Shown piece by piece: positions 24,801 through 33,953 of a DNA stretch of 64,000 bases. The notes below the pieces were generated by a model, which had not been told where the DNA came from, did no database searches, and saw only the letters and a list, made by a program, of their open reading frames with translations. The stretch is from an uncultured Pseudomonadota bacterium (GTDB lineage: Bacteria > Pseudomonadota > Alphaproteobacteria > JACZXZ01), in contig CAVVLJ010000020.1 in assembly GCA_963749075.1 (NCBI GenBank), positions 64,001 through 128,000 on the forward strand, given 5' to 3'. Position 1 is the stretch's first letter. The number at the start of each line of letters is the position of its first letter. The position numbers were made by a program, and so were the translations under genes.

Positions 24801-25310
24801 CGGCTCGGCCGCGATGAGCACCTCGTCGCGCGCGAGCTCCATGAGCTCGGCGGCGCTGCGCTCGTCGAGCACCTGGAAATGGGGGACGAGGCCGGCCTCG
24901 AGCGGAAAGCGGCGCAAGAGCGACTGGCAGAAGGCGTGGATCGTCGCGATGCGTAAGCCCTCTGGCGCATCCACGACTTGCGCGAAAAGCCGCCGCGCGC
25001 GCTCGAGTGCGTCTGCGGCCGGCGTCGCGTCGGTGAGGTCCGCGAGCCGCTTGGCAAGCGCGCCGTCCGGCACCGTCGCCCAGGCGCCGAGAATGGTGGC
25101 GATGCGGTTCGCCATCTCCGCGGCGGCCGCCTTGGTGAAGGTGAGGCAGAGGATGCGCGCGGGCGGCGTGCCCGCGAGAAGCAGGCGCAGCACGCGCTCG
25201 GTGAGCACCGTGGTCTTGCCCGTGCCGGCCGAGGCCGCGACCCAGACGGAGACCGCCGGTCCTGCTGCGATGCGCTGGTCGAGGCGCGCATCTCGCCCGC
25301 CGACGCTCAC
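21858..25310 (-). CDS. addA: Double-strand break repair helicase/nuclease AddA
   Basis: ASAGTGKT, LTFTKAAA, IDEAQDT, VGDAKQSI, MTVHGAKGLE, YVAMTRA, and nuclease GQIDRL..VDYKT. GTG start overlaps the addB stop. Confidence 0.96.
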   Translation of the reverse strand: MSVGGRDARLDQRIAAGPAVSVWVAASAGTGKTTVLTERVLRLLLAGTPPARILCLTFTKAAAAEMANRIATILGAWATVPDGALAKRLADLTDATPAADALERARRLFAQVVDAPEGLRIATIHAFCQSLLRRFPLEAGLVPHFQVLDERSAAELMELARDEVLIAAEPERDAALAEALREVTGHVSEEEFGDLMAELARERGRLARLLGKAGGLEAAAAALYRRLDLRPGDTPERTQARAAADGNFPAAALKAAAAALAQGSAADRKRGEAIAAWLAADAAARAAGFGEYARQFLTAEDEVRKTLATKAVRQASPEAEAALAAEAARLAAEAARRKAAAVAAASVALLRLGAAVLAAYGRHKEHRALLDYDDLILETRRLLERQGAGWVLYKLDQGLDHILIDEAQDTNPDQWQVVAALAEEFFAGEGARDGTRTVFAVGDAKQSIFSFQRADPDAFEAMRRHFARKVAQAGAAWRSVALEVSFRSTPAVLAAVDGVFARPAAAEGVAAPGETVRHFAHREGRAGLVELWPVATPREREAAEDWTPPVTRERGDSPPARLAALIALRIRRWLDTDERLLSKNRRIRPGDIMVLVRRRTVFVAELVRALKQSGVAVAGVDRMVLTDQLAVMDLIALARFLLLPEDDLTLACLLKSPLVGLDEDQLFALAYGREGSLWAELVRRADEDAAFAAAHAYLAGLLRRVDFTPPYELFAEALAGRGTPAAPSGRERMVARLGAEAEEPLDEFLALALAYERAHVPSLEGFLHWVEAGEAQIKRDPEAASRDEVRIMTVHGAKGLEAPIVILPDTVETPKRTPRLLWLDGGEEGLLWAPRSALEDGLAREMRDAAKRKRDEEYRRLLYVAMTRAADRLYVCGWRGQREVPSDSWWSLVREGLAESAAPFAFDCSHEIAQGWSGQGLRLSSPQEVGPEGERTEQAPHAAGEPLPPWARALPAPEPVPARPLAPSRPEEEEPPARSPLGPDGAARFRRGLLVHRLLEALPELPPRAREAACRRYLARAAHGLAAAAQEEIARETLAVLADAALAPLFGPGSRAEVALVGEVNGRVISGQIDRLLVGEREILVVDYKTNRAPPAAVEEVAVAYLRQMAAYRALLRRIYPGRRLRAALLFTDGPALMLLPDGLLDAHAP

Positions 25311-28270
25311 TCGCCGCCCTCCTCGACCGCCGACCATTCCTTGACGCGCGCGAGATGCTCGTAGTCGCTGTAGGCGGGTGCCGCATCGGGCCGCGGGCGC
25401 GCCGCGTAGGGTGTCGCGGCATCGTCGAAGGCCGCGATGAGGCGGAGGAGCCCCGCGCGCGCCGCCTCCGCGAGCTCGCGAGGAGCGCCCTCTATCGGCT
25501 TCTCCTCGCCCGGCGGGTCGCCGCCCGAGAGCCGCCAGAAGGCGAGCGTCTCGACGGCTGCGGCCTCGAGACCTGGGAAGGCGCCCGCCATCGCCATCGC
25601 CGCCTCGAGGGGAAGCTGCGGGGCGAAGCCGGCTGCGACCTCGGCCGGGCTCGGCACGCGGCCGGTCTTGTAGTCGATGATGGCGAGCCCGCCCGAAGCC
25701 AGGCGGTCGATGCGGTCGGCCCGCGCCTTGAGGAAGAAGGCGCCGCCCGGCGCCTCGAGCGTCATGAGGCCGCTCGCCTCCGTGCGGCTCTCGGCGAGAA
25801 GCGGCCGCCGCAGCCGCTCCTGCGCCACGAACCAGTCGGCGATGCGCACGAAGCGCGGCCACCAGAAGGCGCGCACGCCGGGCCGCTCGAGCGCCGCCCC
25901 GAAGGCCTCGGCGCCGATGGCGAGGAGGCGCTCGACCGCGTCCTCCGGCAGCGCTCCGTCGTGGCGCTGGACGAAGAGGTCGAGTGCGCGGTGGATGAAG
26001 CTGCCGCGCTCGGCCACGCTCGGGTCCGCGTCGAGCGCATCGAGGGCCGCAAGACGCAGCACGTGCTTGGCATAGATGGCGTAGGGATCGCGCATCCAGG
26101 TCTCGATCTCGGTGACCGAGAGCCGCCGCGGCCTTGCCTCGAGCGGCGGGCGCGGCGCCGGTGCTGCGAGCGGCGGCTGTGGCTCCCGCGGCTCGTCGAG
26201 TGCGGCCTGCCAGTGGAGCCGGTCGGGCGCTGCGAGCCGCGCGGGCTCGAGCTCGACCGCGCGCAGCAGGCTGTCGAGGCGCAAGAGCCAGCGCGCCGGC
26301 ACGCTCGGCGTGCCCTCGACCTTGAGCGCGCGGGTCAGCACCACCTCGGGCGCCGCCGCTCCTTGCGCGAAGTCGTGGGCCGAGAGGCCGATGCGCCGCT
26401 CCGCCTCGGGCAGGCCGAACTCGGCGCGCATGGGCCGCGACATCCAGGGATCGACGGGCGGGGCCGCCGGCCAGGTGCCCTCGTTCAAGCCGCCGAGGAT
26501 GAGGAGATCGGCGTGCTGGAGGCGCGCCTCGAGCGGACCCCAGATGGCGAGCCGCGGATGGCGGCCGTAGTGCTGCCGCACCACCCGTCCGGCGAGGAGC
26601 GAGGCGAAGAATGCCGGGTAGGCGCCGGGCGCGAATGAAGTGAGCCTCGCCGCACTTTCCGCAAGCTCTGCCACGAAGCCCGCCGCTTCCTCGCCCAACT
26701 CGCCCGACCACAGGCGCTCGGCCCCCGCTTGCCCGTGCGCCGCCGACAGCGCCTCGGCCGCCGCGACGTGGGCGGCGATGAGCTCGGCCGCCACGGCGGA
26801 GCGCCGCGCCATGAGCTTGAGGAGGGGGCCGAGCGCTGCCGCCAGGCAATCGATGAGCTTGGCAACGACCAGGCGCTCCTCCTCGTGCGCGAGCGAGCGC
26901 GCCGCCGAGCGCAGGCCCTTGAGGCCCGCGGCCGGCCGCGGACCGCGCAAGACCGCGAGCTCGAGGCGGCGGGCGTCGTGGCGGAAGGCGGCGGGCTCAC
27001 GGCCGCCCGCGGCAAGCGGGTGCTTCAGGAGGGCTATGAGGGCGAGCGGGGCGAGCTCCTCGGCCGCGGCCTCGGCAACGAGGCGGAGGAAGCTGCCTGG
27101 CGGCGTCGCGTCGAGCGGGGTGCCCGCCGAATCGTCAACCCCGATGCCCCAGCGCAGGAGCTCGGCTGTGACGCGGCGCGCGAGCGCCCGGTCGGGGGTG
27201 ACGAGGGCGGCACTCCGCCCCGGCGTCTCGAGCGCCTCGCGCATGAGGAGGGCGATGACGCCCGCCTCCTCGCGCGGGCTCGGGCAGTCGATGCGGCTCA
27301 GGCCCTCGAGCGCCTCGGCGGGCAGCCCGCCCAGGCGGCGCCAGGCGTCGGTCGAGCCGGCGGGACGCATGGCCTCGGCGATGAGGGCGGCGCGCGCGGG
27401 GGGCGATGCCGGCAATCCCGCGCACGGCCACTCCTGCACATCGCCGCGCGCGATGCCGATATGCTCGAGGAGGCGCTTCAAGCCGAATTGCGGATGGCTC
27501 GGCTCGAGCATCTCCCAGGCATCGCCGTCGCTCTCCTGGTCGAGGCCGGGCAGCACGACGCGGCCCGTCGGCAGCGTGGCGATGAGTGCCAGAAGATCGG
27601 CGGTCGCCGGGATGCTGCCGGTCGAGCCCGCGGCGATCACCGGATGGGCCGGCGGCCGCTCGCGCCAGAGCGTGGCCTGGGCCTCGATGAGGCGGTTGCG
27701 CCGCTCAGCCGGATCGATCGCCCCCTCCGCCGCGAGCAGCCTGGGCCAATGCTCGGTGACGATCGCGAGGAAGCGAAGTGTCACCTGCCAATGCTCGGCA
27801 TAGCGTTCGGGCACCAGGCCCGCGAGCCGCTCGAAGCCGATGCGCTCGGTCGCCGCCTGGTCGATGAGCCGCCCGAGCTCGGCCGCGAGCTCGACCGACT
27901 GGGCGAGGCTGTGCTGGCCGAGCTTGCGGATGAGCTCGGCGAGCAGCAGGCGGCGGCGCAGCTCCGGGATGGCGGGTGGGATGTCGAGTGCCGCATCGGC
28001 GAGCGGGGCCTCGTCCGCGGCGAAGGCGAGCGCCTCCTCGTCGATGTCGCCGATCGGCGTCATGCGCGGCAGGAGCAACGCCTTCCCGGCGGAGAGTCGC
28101 AGGAAGGCCTCGCGCAAGCTGCGCACCGCGCGCCTGGTCGGCAGCAGCACGGCGATGCGGCTCAATGCCAAGGGATCGCCGGCCGTCTCGCGCAAGAGCT
28201 CGGCGGCGAGCGCATCGACGAAGGCGACGCCCGGCGGGATCGTATAGACGCTCGGCCTGCCGGCGCTCAT
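25307..28270 (-). CDS. addB: Double-strand break repair protein AddB
   Basis: LLPTRRA, AGSTGSIPATA, LSVTEIETW.RDPY, RADRID..IDYKTG. Confidence 0.96.
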   Translation of the reverse strand: MSAGRPSVYTIPPGVAFVDALAAELLRETAGDPLALSRIAVLLPTRRAVRSLREAFLRLSAGKALLLPRMTPIGDIDEEALAFAADEAPLADAALDIPPAIPELRRRLLLAELIRKLGQHSLAQSVELAAELGRLIDQAATERIGFERLAGLVPERYAEHWQVTLRFLAIVTEHWPRLLAAEGAIDPAERRNRLIEAQATLWRERPPAHPVIAAGSTGSIPATADLLALIATLPTGRVVLPGLDQESDGDAWEMLEPSHPQFGLKRLLEHIGIARGDVQEWPCAGLPASPPARAALIAEAMRPAGSTDAWRRLGGLPAEALEGLSRIDCPSPREEAGVIALLMREALETPGRSAALVTPDRALARRVTAELLRWGIGVDDSAGTPLDATPPGSFLRLVAEAAAEELAPLALIALLKHPLAAGGREPAAFRHDARRLELAVLRGPRPAAGLKGLRSAARSLAHEEERLVVAKLIDCLAAALGPLLKLMARRSAVAAELIAAHVAAAEALSAAHGQAGAERLWSGELGEEAAGFVAELAESAARLTSFAPGAYPAFFASLLAGRVVRQHYGRHPRLAIWGPLEARLQHADLLILGGLNEGTWPAAPPVDPWMSRPMRAEFGLPEAERRIGLSAHDFAQGAAAPEVVLTRALKVEGTPSVPARWLLRLDSLLRAVELEPARLAAPDRLHWQAALDEPREPQPPLAAPAPRPPLEARPRRLSVTEIETWMRDPYAIYAKHVLRLAALDALDADPSVAERGSFIHRALDLFVQRHDGALPEDAVERLLAIGAEAFGAALERPGVRAFWWPRFVRIADWFVAQERLRRPLLAESRTEASGLMTLEAPGGAFFLKARADRIDRLASGGLAIIDYKTGRVPSPAEVAAGFAPQLPLEAAMAMAGAFPGLEAAAVETLAFWRLSGGDPPGEEKPIEGAPRELAEAARAGLLRLIAAFDDAATPYAARPRPDAAPAYSDYEHLARVKEWSAVEEGGE

Positions 28271-28995
28271 CGCCGCTCTCGGGCCGCGATGCGCGCGAGC
28301 GACGCCTCGGCAAGGCCGATGCCCTCGAGCGTGCCGACGTGGAAATAGGCGCCCTCGTGCGCGAGGCCGAAGAGGCGGCCCGCGGCGATCGCGCGGTCCC
28401 ACAGCGGGTTGAGCGAGAGCTTGCCCAGGGCGACGCCGTCGAAGAGCCGCGGCGAGAGAAGCTGGACGCCGATGTAGATGAAAGCACCCTCGCTATCCGC
28501 AGCACGCCGCGCGAGCCTGCCGTCGGCAGCGAGGTCGAAATCGCCGCGCCCCTCATAGCCGGGCGCACCCTCGCGCGGTGCCACGAGGAGGAGTGCATCC
28601 ATGCGCCGCTCGTCCCACGCCGAGGCGAGGCGGAGGAGCGTGTCGGCGGCGCCGTCGAGCCAGAGGGCGTCGCTGTTGACCGCATAGAATGGATGCGGCC
28701 CCAGGTGCGTCAGCGCCTTCAAGATGCCGCCGCCGGTCTCGAGGAGCTCGGGCTCGTGGGAGAGGATGATGCGCGGGCGCGTGCGGGAGGCGAGATGGCG
28801 CTCGATCTCCGCCGCGAGATGGTGGGTGTTGACGACCGCCGCCTCGACGCCGGTAGCGGCGAGATGGTCGAGCACGCGGTCGAGGAGCGTGCGGCCGGCG
28901 ACCCGAACAAGCGGCTTGGGCGTGCGCTCGGTCAAGGGGCGCATGCGGAGGCCGAGCCCGGCCGAGAGCACGATGGCGCGCTTGGGCCGCGTCAC
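28267..28995 (-). CDS. murU: MurU-like nucleotidyltransferase
   Basis: AGLGLRMRPLT..PKPL, LETGGG, NSD; adjacent to the amgK-like gene. Confidence 0.85.
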   Translation of the reverse strand: MTRPKRAIVLSAGLGLRMRPLTERTPKPLVRVAGRTLLDRVLDHLAATGVEAAVVNTHHLAAEIERHLASRTRPRIILSHEPELLETGGGILKALTHLGPHPFYAVNSDALWLDGAADTLLRLASAWDERRMDALLLVAPREGAPGYEGRGDFDLAADGRLARRAADSEGAFIYIGVQLLSPRLFDGVALGKLSLNPLWDRAIAAGRLFGLAHEGAYFHVGTLEGIGLAEASLARIAARERR

Positions 28996-30002
28996 GTTCG
29001 CACCCGGCACTCGGGCACGCGCCGCATCTCGGGCGGGATGTGGCGTGCCAGCCACGCGCGCAGCGGTGCGAGCGCCGGCTGCTCGGCCGCGGCCTCGATG
29101 AGGCGCCAGACGCGGGGGATATGGTCGAGGTAGCGGGGCTTGCCGTCGCGCAGGCAAAGCCGGGTGAAGACGCCGACGATGCGCAGGTTGCGTTGCGCGC
29201 TCATGATGGCTGAGGAGCAGGCGAAGGCCGCGGGGTCGAGCGCCGGGAAGGCGGCGAGGTAATGCGCCAGGAGCTCGCACTTGAGCTCGGCGGGCACGTC
29301 GCGCCGCGCATCATCGAGGAGGGACACGAGGTCGTAGGTGACGGGCCCGATCACCGCGTCCTGGAAATCGAGCAGGCCGCAGGCGGCGACGCCCGCGCGG
29401 CCGGCGAGCAGCATCAGGTTGTCGGGGAAGTAGTCGCGCAGCACCAGGCTCGCCGGCACCGCGCGCGCGTGGGGCAGCACCTCCTGCCAGGCAGCCAGAT
29501 ATTCGGCGCGCAAGGGCTCGGGCGTCGCGGCACCCGTGATCGCGGGGAGATACCAGTCGAGGAGGATCGTTGCCTCGCTCAGCATGTGCGCGTCGTCATA
29601 GGCGGGGAGCCGGATGCTGCTCGCGCGCGGGCTGCCGTGGAGCGCTATGAGGGTGTCGACGGCGAGCCGGTAGAGCGCACGCTTGTCGCCCGCGCAATCG
29701 ACGAGTGCCGCCATGTTGGCGTCGCCGAAGTCCTCGATGAGGAGGAGCCCGGCCGCCTCGTCCGCCGCCTCGATACGCGGGGCGGAGAGGCCGAGCGAGA
29801 CGATATGGCGCGCCACCGCGACGAAGGGCCGCACGTTCTCCCGGGGCGGGGGTGCCACCATGAGCACGATGCGGCGTCCGGCACCGTCGGTGAGCCGCTC
29901 GTAGCGGCGGAAGGAGGCGTCGCCCGCAAGCGGGCGGCGTGCGGCGCCCGCCCAGCCGCTCGCCGCAAGGAAGGCCTCGATGGCAGCACCGCGCGCGCTC
30001 AC
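28992..30002 (-). CDS. amgK: AmgK-like anomeric sugar kinase (phosphotransferase family)
   Basis: LAGDASFRRYER, RDY..DNL, LDFQDA, YDLVSLL.D, DGKP.YL. Confidence 0.85.
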   Translation of the reverse strand: MSARGAAIEAFLAASGWAGAARRPLAGDASFRRYERLTDGAGRRIVLMVAPPPRENVRPFVAVARHIVSLGLSAPRIEAADEAAGLLLIEDFGDANMAALVDCAGDKRALYRLAVDTLIALHGSPRASSIRLPAYDDAHMLSEATILLDWYLPAITGAATPEPLRAEYLAAWQEVLPHARAVPASLVLRDYFPDNLMLLAGRAGVAACGLLDFQDAVIGPVTYDLVSLLDDARRDVPAELKCELLAHYLAAFPALDPAAFACSSAIMSAQRNLRIVGVFTRLCLRDGKPRYLDHIPRVWRLIEAAAEQPALAPLRAWLARHIPPEMRRVPECRVRT

Positions 30003-30487
30003 CGCCGCAACTCCGCGAGCCGCGCCGACCAGCCGCCGTGGCCCGCGAGGCGGCAGCGCCGCGCCGCAGGTCCATCGGCGAACTCGAGCGCCACCTCGAG
30101 ACGCTCGCGCGGCAGGAGTGCTGCCAAGCGCTCGGGCCATTCGATGAGGCTCACCCCTTCGGCGAAAGCCTCCTCGATGCCGAGCTCATAGGCATCCTCC
30201 GGCAGCACGAGGCGATAGAGATCGAAGTGGTAGAGCTTGAGCGGCGGCAGCTCATAGAGCTGCACGAGGGTGAAGGTCGGGCTCGGCACCTCCTCGGTGC
30301 CGCCGAGCGCTCGGATGAAAGCGCGCGCGAAGGCCGTCTTGCCGACGCCGAGAGGACCTGAGAGCGCCAGCACGTCGCGCGGCCGCGCAAGGCGCGCCAG
30401 TGCCGCCGCGAGCCGCCCCGTCGCCGCGAGATCGGCGAGCTCGAGCTCGCGCTGTCCGGCGGAGACGTCCGAAACTCCCTGGCTCAT
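29999..30487 (-). CDS. tsaE: t6A biosynthesis ATPase
   Basis: G.LGVGKT, VPSPTFTL, HFDLYRL, IEWP. Confidence 0.95.
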   Translation of the reverse strand: MSQGVSDVSAGQRELELADLAATGRLAAALARLARPRDVLALSGPLGVGKTAFARAFIRALGGTEEVPSPTFTLVQLYELPPLKLYHFDLYRLVLPEDAYELGIEEAFAEGVSLIEWPERLAALLPRERLEVALEFADGPAARRCRLAGHGGWSARLAELRR

Positions 30488-30545
30488 CCCTCACCCTCCC
30501 ATTGCTGCGCAATGGGCCCCTCCCTCTCCCGCAAGCGGGAGAGGG
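30488..30545. repeat. REP-like palindromic unit (same family as 8971-9111)
   Basis: CCCTCACCC...CCCATTGC-TGC-GCAATGGG...CCCTCTCCCGCAAGCGGGAGAGGG. Confidence 0.75.
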
Positions 30546-30585
30546 ATTTCAGGCCATCTTCGAATGGCGAGGAGAGCCCTGCAAG

Positions 30586-32007
30586 CTAATACCGGTAATG
30601 GTCCGCCTTGAAGGGGCCTTCCGGGCTCATGCCGAGATAGGCCGCCTGCTTGTCGCTCAATCTGGTGAGCTTGGCGCCGACCTTGGCCAAGTGGAGGGCC
30701 GCCACCTTCTCGTCGAGGCGCTTCGGGAGCACGTGGACCTTCTTCGCGTATTTGTCGCGCTTGCCCCAGAGCTCGATCTGCGCCAGCACCTGGTTGGTGA
30801 AGGAGGCGCTCATCACGAAGCTCGGGTGGCCGGTGGCGCAGCCGAGGTTCACGAGGCGGCCCTCGGCAAGGAGGATGATGCGCTTGCCGTCGGGGAACTC
30901 GATCTCGTCGACCTGCGGCTTGACGTTGTGCCATTTGAAGTTGCGCAGGCCCGCCACCTGGATCTCGGAATCGAAGTGCCCGATGTTGCACACGATGGCG
31001 CGGTCCTTCATCCGCCGCATGTGCTCGACGGTGATCACGTCGACGTTGCCCGTGGCGGTCACGAAGATGTCGGCGCGCGGGGCCGCCTCCTCCATGGTGA
31101 CCACCTCGTAGCCCTCCATCGCCGCCTGCAGCGCGCAGATGGGATCGATCTCCGAGACGATGACGCGGGCGCCGGCGTGGCGCAGCGAGGAGGCCGAGCC
31201 CTTGCCCACGTCGCCGAAGCCGCACACCATCGCCACCTTGCCCGCCATCATCACGTCGGTCGCGCGCCGGATGCCGTCGACGAGGGATTCGCGGCAGCCG
31301 TAGAGGTTGTCGAACTTGGACTTGGTCACCGAATCGTTGACGTTGATGGCGGGGAAGAGGAGGCGGCCTTCGGCTGCCATCTGGTAGAGGCGGTGGACGC
31401 CGGTCGTGGTCTCCTCGGTGACGCCGCGGATCGACTTCCCGAGCGTCCCATACCAGCCGGGCTTGGCCTTGAGCCGCGTCTTGATGGCGGCGAAGAGCGC
31501 CTCCTCCTCCTCGTTCGCCGGCTTGGCGACGGCGGAAGCATCGCTCTCCGCGCGCATGCCGAGATGGACGAGGAGCGTCGCGTCGCCGCCGTCGTCGAGG
31601 ATCATGTTGGGCACGCCGCCGTCGGACCACTCGAAGATGCGGTGGGTGAAGTCCCAATATTCGGCGAGGCTCTCGCCCTTGTAGGCGAAGACGGGCGTGC
31701 CGGCCTCGGCGATCGCCGCCGCGGCATGGTCCTGGGTCGAGAAGATGTTGCAGGAGGCCCAGCGCACGTCGGCGCCGAGCGCCTTGAGCGTCTCGATGAG
31801 CACGGCGGTCTGGATCGTCATGTGGAGCGAGCCCGCGATGCGGGTGCCGGCGAGCGGCTGCGCCTTGCCGTACTCGGCGCGCAGCGCCATGAGGCCCGGC
31901 ATCTCGGTCTCGGCAATGGCGATCTCGCGCCGGCCCCAGCCGGCGAGCGAGATGTCGGCGACGCGGTAGTCCTCGTGCTTGGCGGCGGCGGCCTTGACGG
32001 CGGGCAT
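30586..32007 (-). CDS. ahcY: Adenosylhomocysteinase
   Basis: [49 protein letters not shown]. Confidence 0.98.
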   Translation of the reverse strand: MPAVKAAAAKHEDYRVADISLAGWGRREIAIAETEMPGLMALRAEYGKAQPLAGTRIAGSLHMTIQTAVLIETLKALGADVRWASCNIFSTQDHAAAAIAEAGTPVFAYKGESLAEYWDFTHRIFEWSDGGVPNMILDDGGDATLLVHLGMRAESDASAVAKPANEEEEALFAAIKTRLKAKPGWYGTLGKSIRGVTEETTTGVHRLYQMAAEGRLLFPAINVNDSVTKSKFDNLYGCRESLVDGIRRATDVMMAGKVAMVCGFGDVGKGSASSLRHAGARVIVSEIDPICALQAAMEGYEVVTMEEAAPRADIFVTATGNVDVITVEHMRRMKDRAIVCNIGHFDSEIQVAGLRNFKWHNVKPQVDEIEFPDGKRIILLAEGRLVNLGCATGHPSFVMSASFTNQVLAQIELWGKRDKYAKKVHVLPKRLDEKVAALHLAKVGAKLTRLSDKQAAYLGMSPEGPFKADHYRY

Positions 32008-32111
32008 GGCGGTCTCCTCGGGCGATGGCAACGGCCTTGCCGCCGGCGCCTGCGGGCGCCGGGGCGGCACGCGCGTCCTCATAACAGCGCTCCGGTCCCG
32101 CGGCAAGCGAA

Positions 32112-32131
32112 ATATAAAGAAATGTTTATAT
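32112..32131. promoter_or_regulatory. SahR-like operator upstream of ahcY
   Basis: ATATAAAG-AAAT-GTTTATAT near-palindrome; resembles the SahR box as I recall it (ATAAAG-N4-CTTTAT). Confidence 0.65.
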
Positions 32132-32180
32132 CGTTATGTTTGCGTTTGGCTCTGCGGGCTGGTTGCGCGCCGGGGCGCGC

Positions 32181-32981
32181 TCAGAACACGGGGAGGGGCG
32201 GCAGGTCGAGGCCTGTGTACTTCTTGTAAAGCGCCGCGAGCACGCCGTTCTGCGTGTTGAGGAAGATCCAGGTATTGATCCACTGCCTGAGCTCGAAATC
32301 GCCGGGCCGCACGATCGGAGCGTAATAGGCCGTCGTCACGTTCAGCTTGGTCTCGATCTTCTTGTCCGGATTGCCGTCCGCCACGGTCTTGCCGGCAAAG
32401 GACGTCATCGCGACGGCGTCGACCTGGCCCGAGAGCAGCGCCTGGATGGTGGCGCCGATGTCGTCGAACCAGACGATCTTGGTGCCTTCCGGCGCCATCT
32501 TCGGCACGGTCGCCTCCTCGAGCGTAGCGCGGGTGATGCCGATGCGCTTGCCGACGAGATCGGCAGGCGTCTTGATGGCGACGCTCTCTGGCCCGAAGAT
32601 GACGATCGAAAGCGCTCCGTCGGGGTTGCAGAACATCACCGCCTTGGCGCGGTCGGCGGTGACCGAGATCGAGGCGATGGTGACGTTGGCGCGGCCGGCC
32701 AGGAGGGCCGGGATGCGGCCGGTCGAGGGGACTTGCACGAACTCGAGCTCGGCGCCCATGTCCTTCGCCATCTGGCGGGCGACGGCGACATCCGAGCCGT
32801 CGGGCTGGCCGTCCTTGCCGAGCACGCCGAAGGGCGGATTGCCGACATCGATGGCGACGCGGAGCTTCTTCTCCTTGAGGATCCTGTCGAGCGTGCTTTC
32901 GGCCTCAGCCGGTTTGGCCGCCAGCATCGCCGGCATGGCGATGAGGAGCGCCAGTACCACCCATCTCAGAGCGACCTTCAT
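32181..32981 (-). CDS. Polar amino-acid ABC substrate-binding protein (family 3), orphan
   Basis: Signal peptide, TLDRI...LRVA..NPPF, G.DV.VA, RIPAL. Confidence 0.88.
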   Translation of the reverse strand: MKVALRWVVLALLIAMPAMLAAKPAEAESTLDRILKEKKLRVAIDVGNPPFGVLGKDGQPDGSDVAVARQMAKDMGAELEFVQVPSTGRIPALLAGRANVTIASISVTADRAKAVMFCNPDGALSIVIFGPESVAIKTPADLVGKRIGITRATLEEATVPKMAPEGTKIVWFDDIGATIQALLSGQVDAVAMTSFAGKTVADGNPDKKIETKLNVTTAYYAPIVRPGDFELRQWINTWIFLNTQNGVLAALYKKYTGLDLPPLPVF

Positions 32982-33030
32982 GGCATCTACTCCCTCGTTC
33001 AATAGGTTTGTAAGTCGTTGATTCGATGTG

Positions 33031-33072
33031 ATGATAGCGCTTACATTGTAGCAGCTTCTGGGCGCGAGTCAA
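33031..33072 (-). promoter_or_regulatory. Sigma70 promoter with LacI-type operator for the SBP gene
   Basis: Minus strand TTGACT-N16-TACAAT, immediately followed by the near-palindrome ATGATAGCGCTTACAT (33031-33046). Confidence 0.7.
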
Positions 33073-33164
33073 GCGCCCGCGGCGGCGGGTCGTGTCCTAA
33101 TTTGTCGGTCCCCGTTAAAATAGCAGCGACGACAGAACACATCAGCACCTTGGCAGGAGGACTG

Positions 33165-33845
33165 ATGCCTTGTCCCAAGGATTTCTCTCGCATAAATTCA
33201 ACGGGTCGGGCCTATGCCGGAAGCCAGCGGCAAATCCAGACGTACGTGAACGAAAGAACACACGCGCTCAATTCTGCCGTCGCGCAATCCCTGTCGCGGT
33301 GCGACCTCGATGAGAAAGACATTCATTGGGTGTCGCCCCTGGCGGCGGACACGTACTCGGAATACCGAGACTCGGAATTTCTGGAACGCGTCGGACTTGG
33401 CCTTCTCGCGCCCCGGCTTCTAGAGTTCTGGCCGCGAGGTGGACCGTGCTGGGACGCACTGGCACGGATTGAAGGTGGATGCCTCCTCATAGAGGCAAAG
33501 AGCCATGTGCAGGAGATTTATGGTAGGGGCTGCCGAGCCTCTCCTCGAAGCAAGCAGAAGATTCAGGCAGCATTCCAAGCAACGAAGGCTTGGCTCGGGA
33601 TTTCTCCTGATATTGACTGGACCGGACGGCTCTATCAGTCCGCGAATCGATATGCGAGCCTGTACTTCCTGAGAGAGATTGCGGGGGTTCAAGCGTTTCT
33701 GGTCAACCTGTACTTCGTTGGCGACCCGATTGCACCGACGCCGATGACGAGAGAAGACTGGGATACCGAAATCGGGTGCGTCAATCGAGAACTCGGCATT
33801 GTTCGCGAAGTGCCGTACAGCGCGGCCGTCTTCCTGACGGCGTAA
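33165..33845 (+). CDS. Hypothetical protein with a PD-(D/E)XK-like nuclease motif
   Basis: GGAGG RBS; FWP.GGP.WDAL...LIEAK and YQ.ANR; lower GC than the flanks. Confidence 0.6.
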   Translation: MPCPKDFSRINSTGRAYAGSQRQIQTYVNERTHALNSAVAQSLSRCDLDEKDIHWVSPLAADTYSEYRDSEFLERVGLGLLAPRLLEFWPRGGPCWDALARIEGGCLLIEAKSHVQEIYGRGCRASPRSKQKIQAAFQATKAWLGISPDIDWTGRLYQSANRYASLYFLREIAGVQAFLVNLYFVGDPIAPTPMTREDWDTEIGCVNRELGIVREVPYSAAVFLTA

Positions 33846-33953
33846 TGAGCAAGGGCAAAGCACTCCGCTGAGGGACAAGCCGGAGGCAACGTACGCCTCC
33901 AAACGGGACGTCTCGCGCGAGAAGTCCCCATGGAAATGGGTCAGTCGACATGA

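Noticed and set aside
21858-26849. 1663-aa ORF suggesting a giant AddA fusion
   Set aside because: The N-terminal about 510 aa is off-frame read-through across addB. AddA starts at the GTG at 25310.
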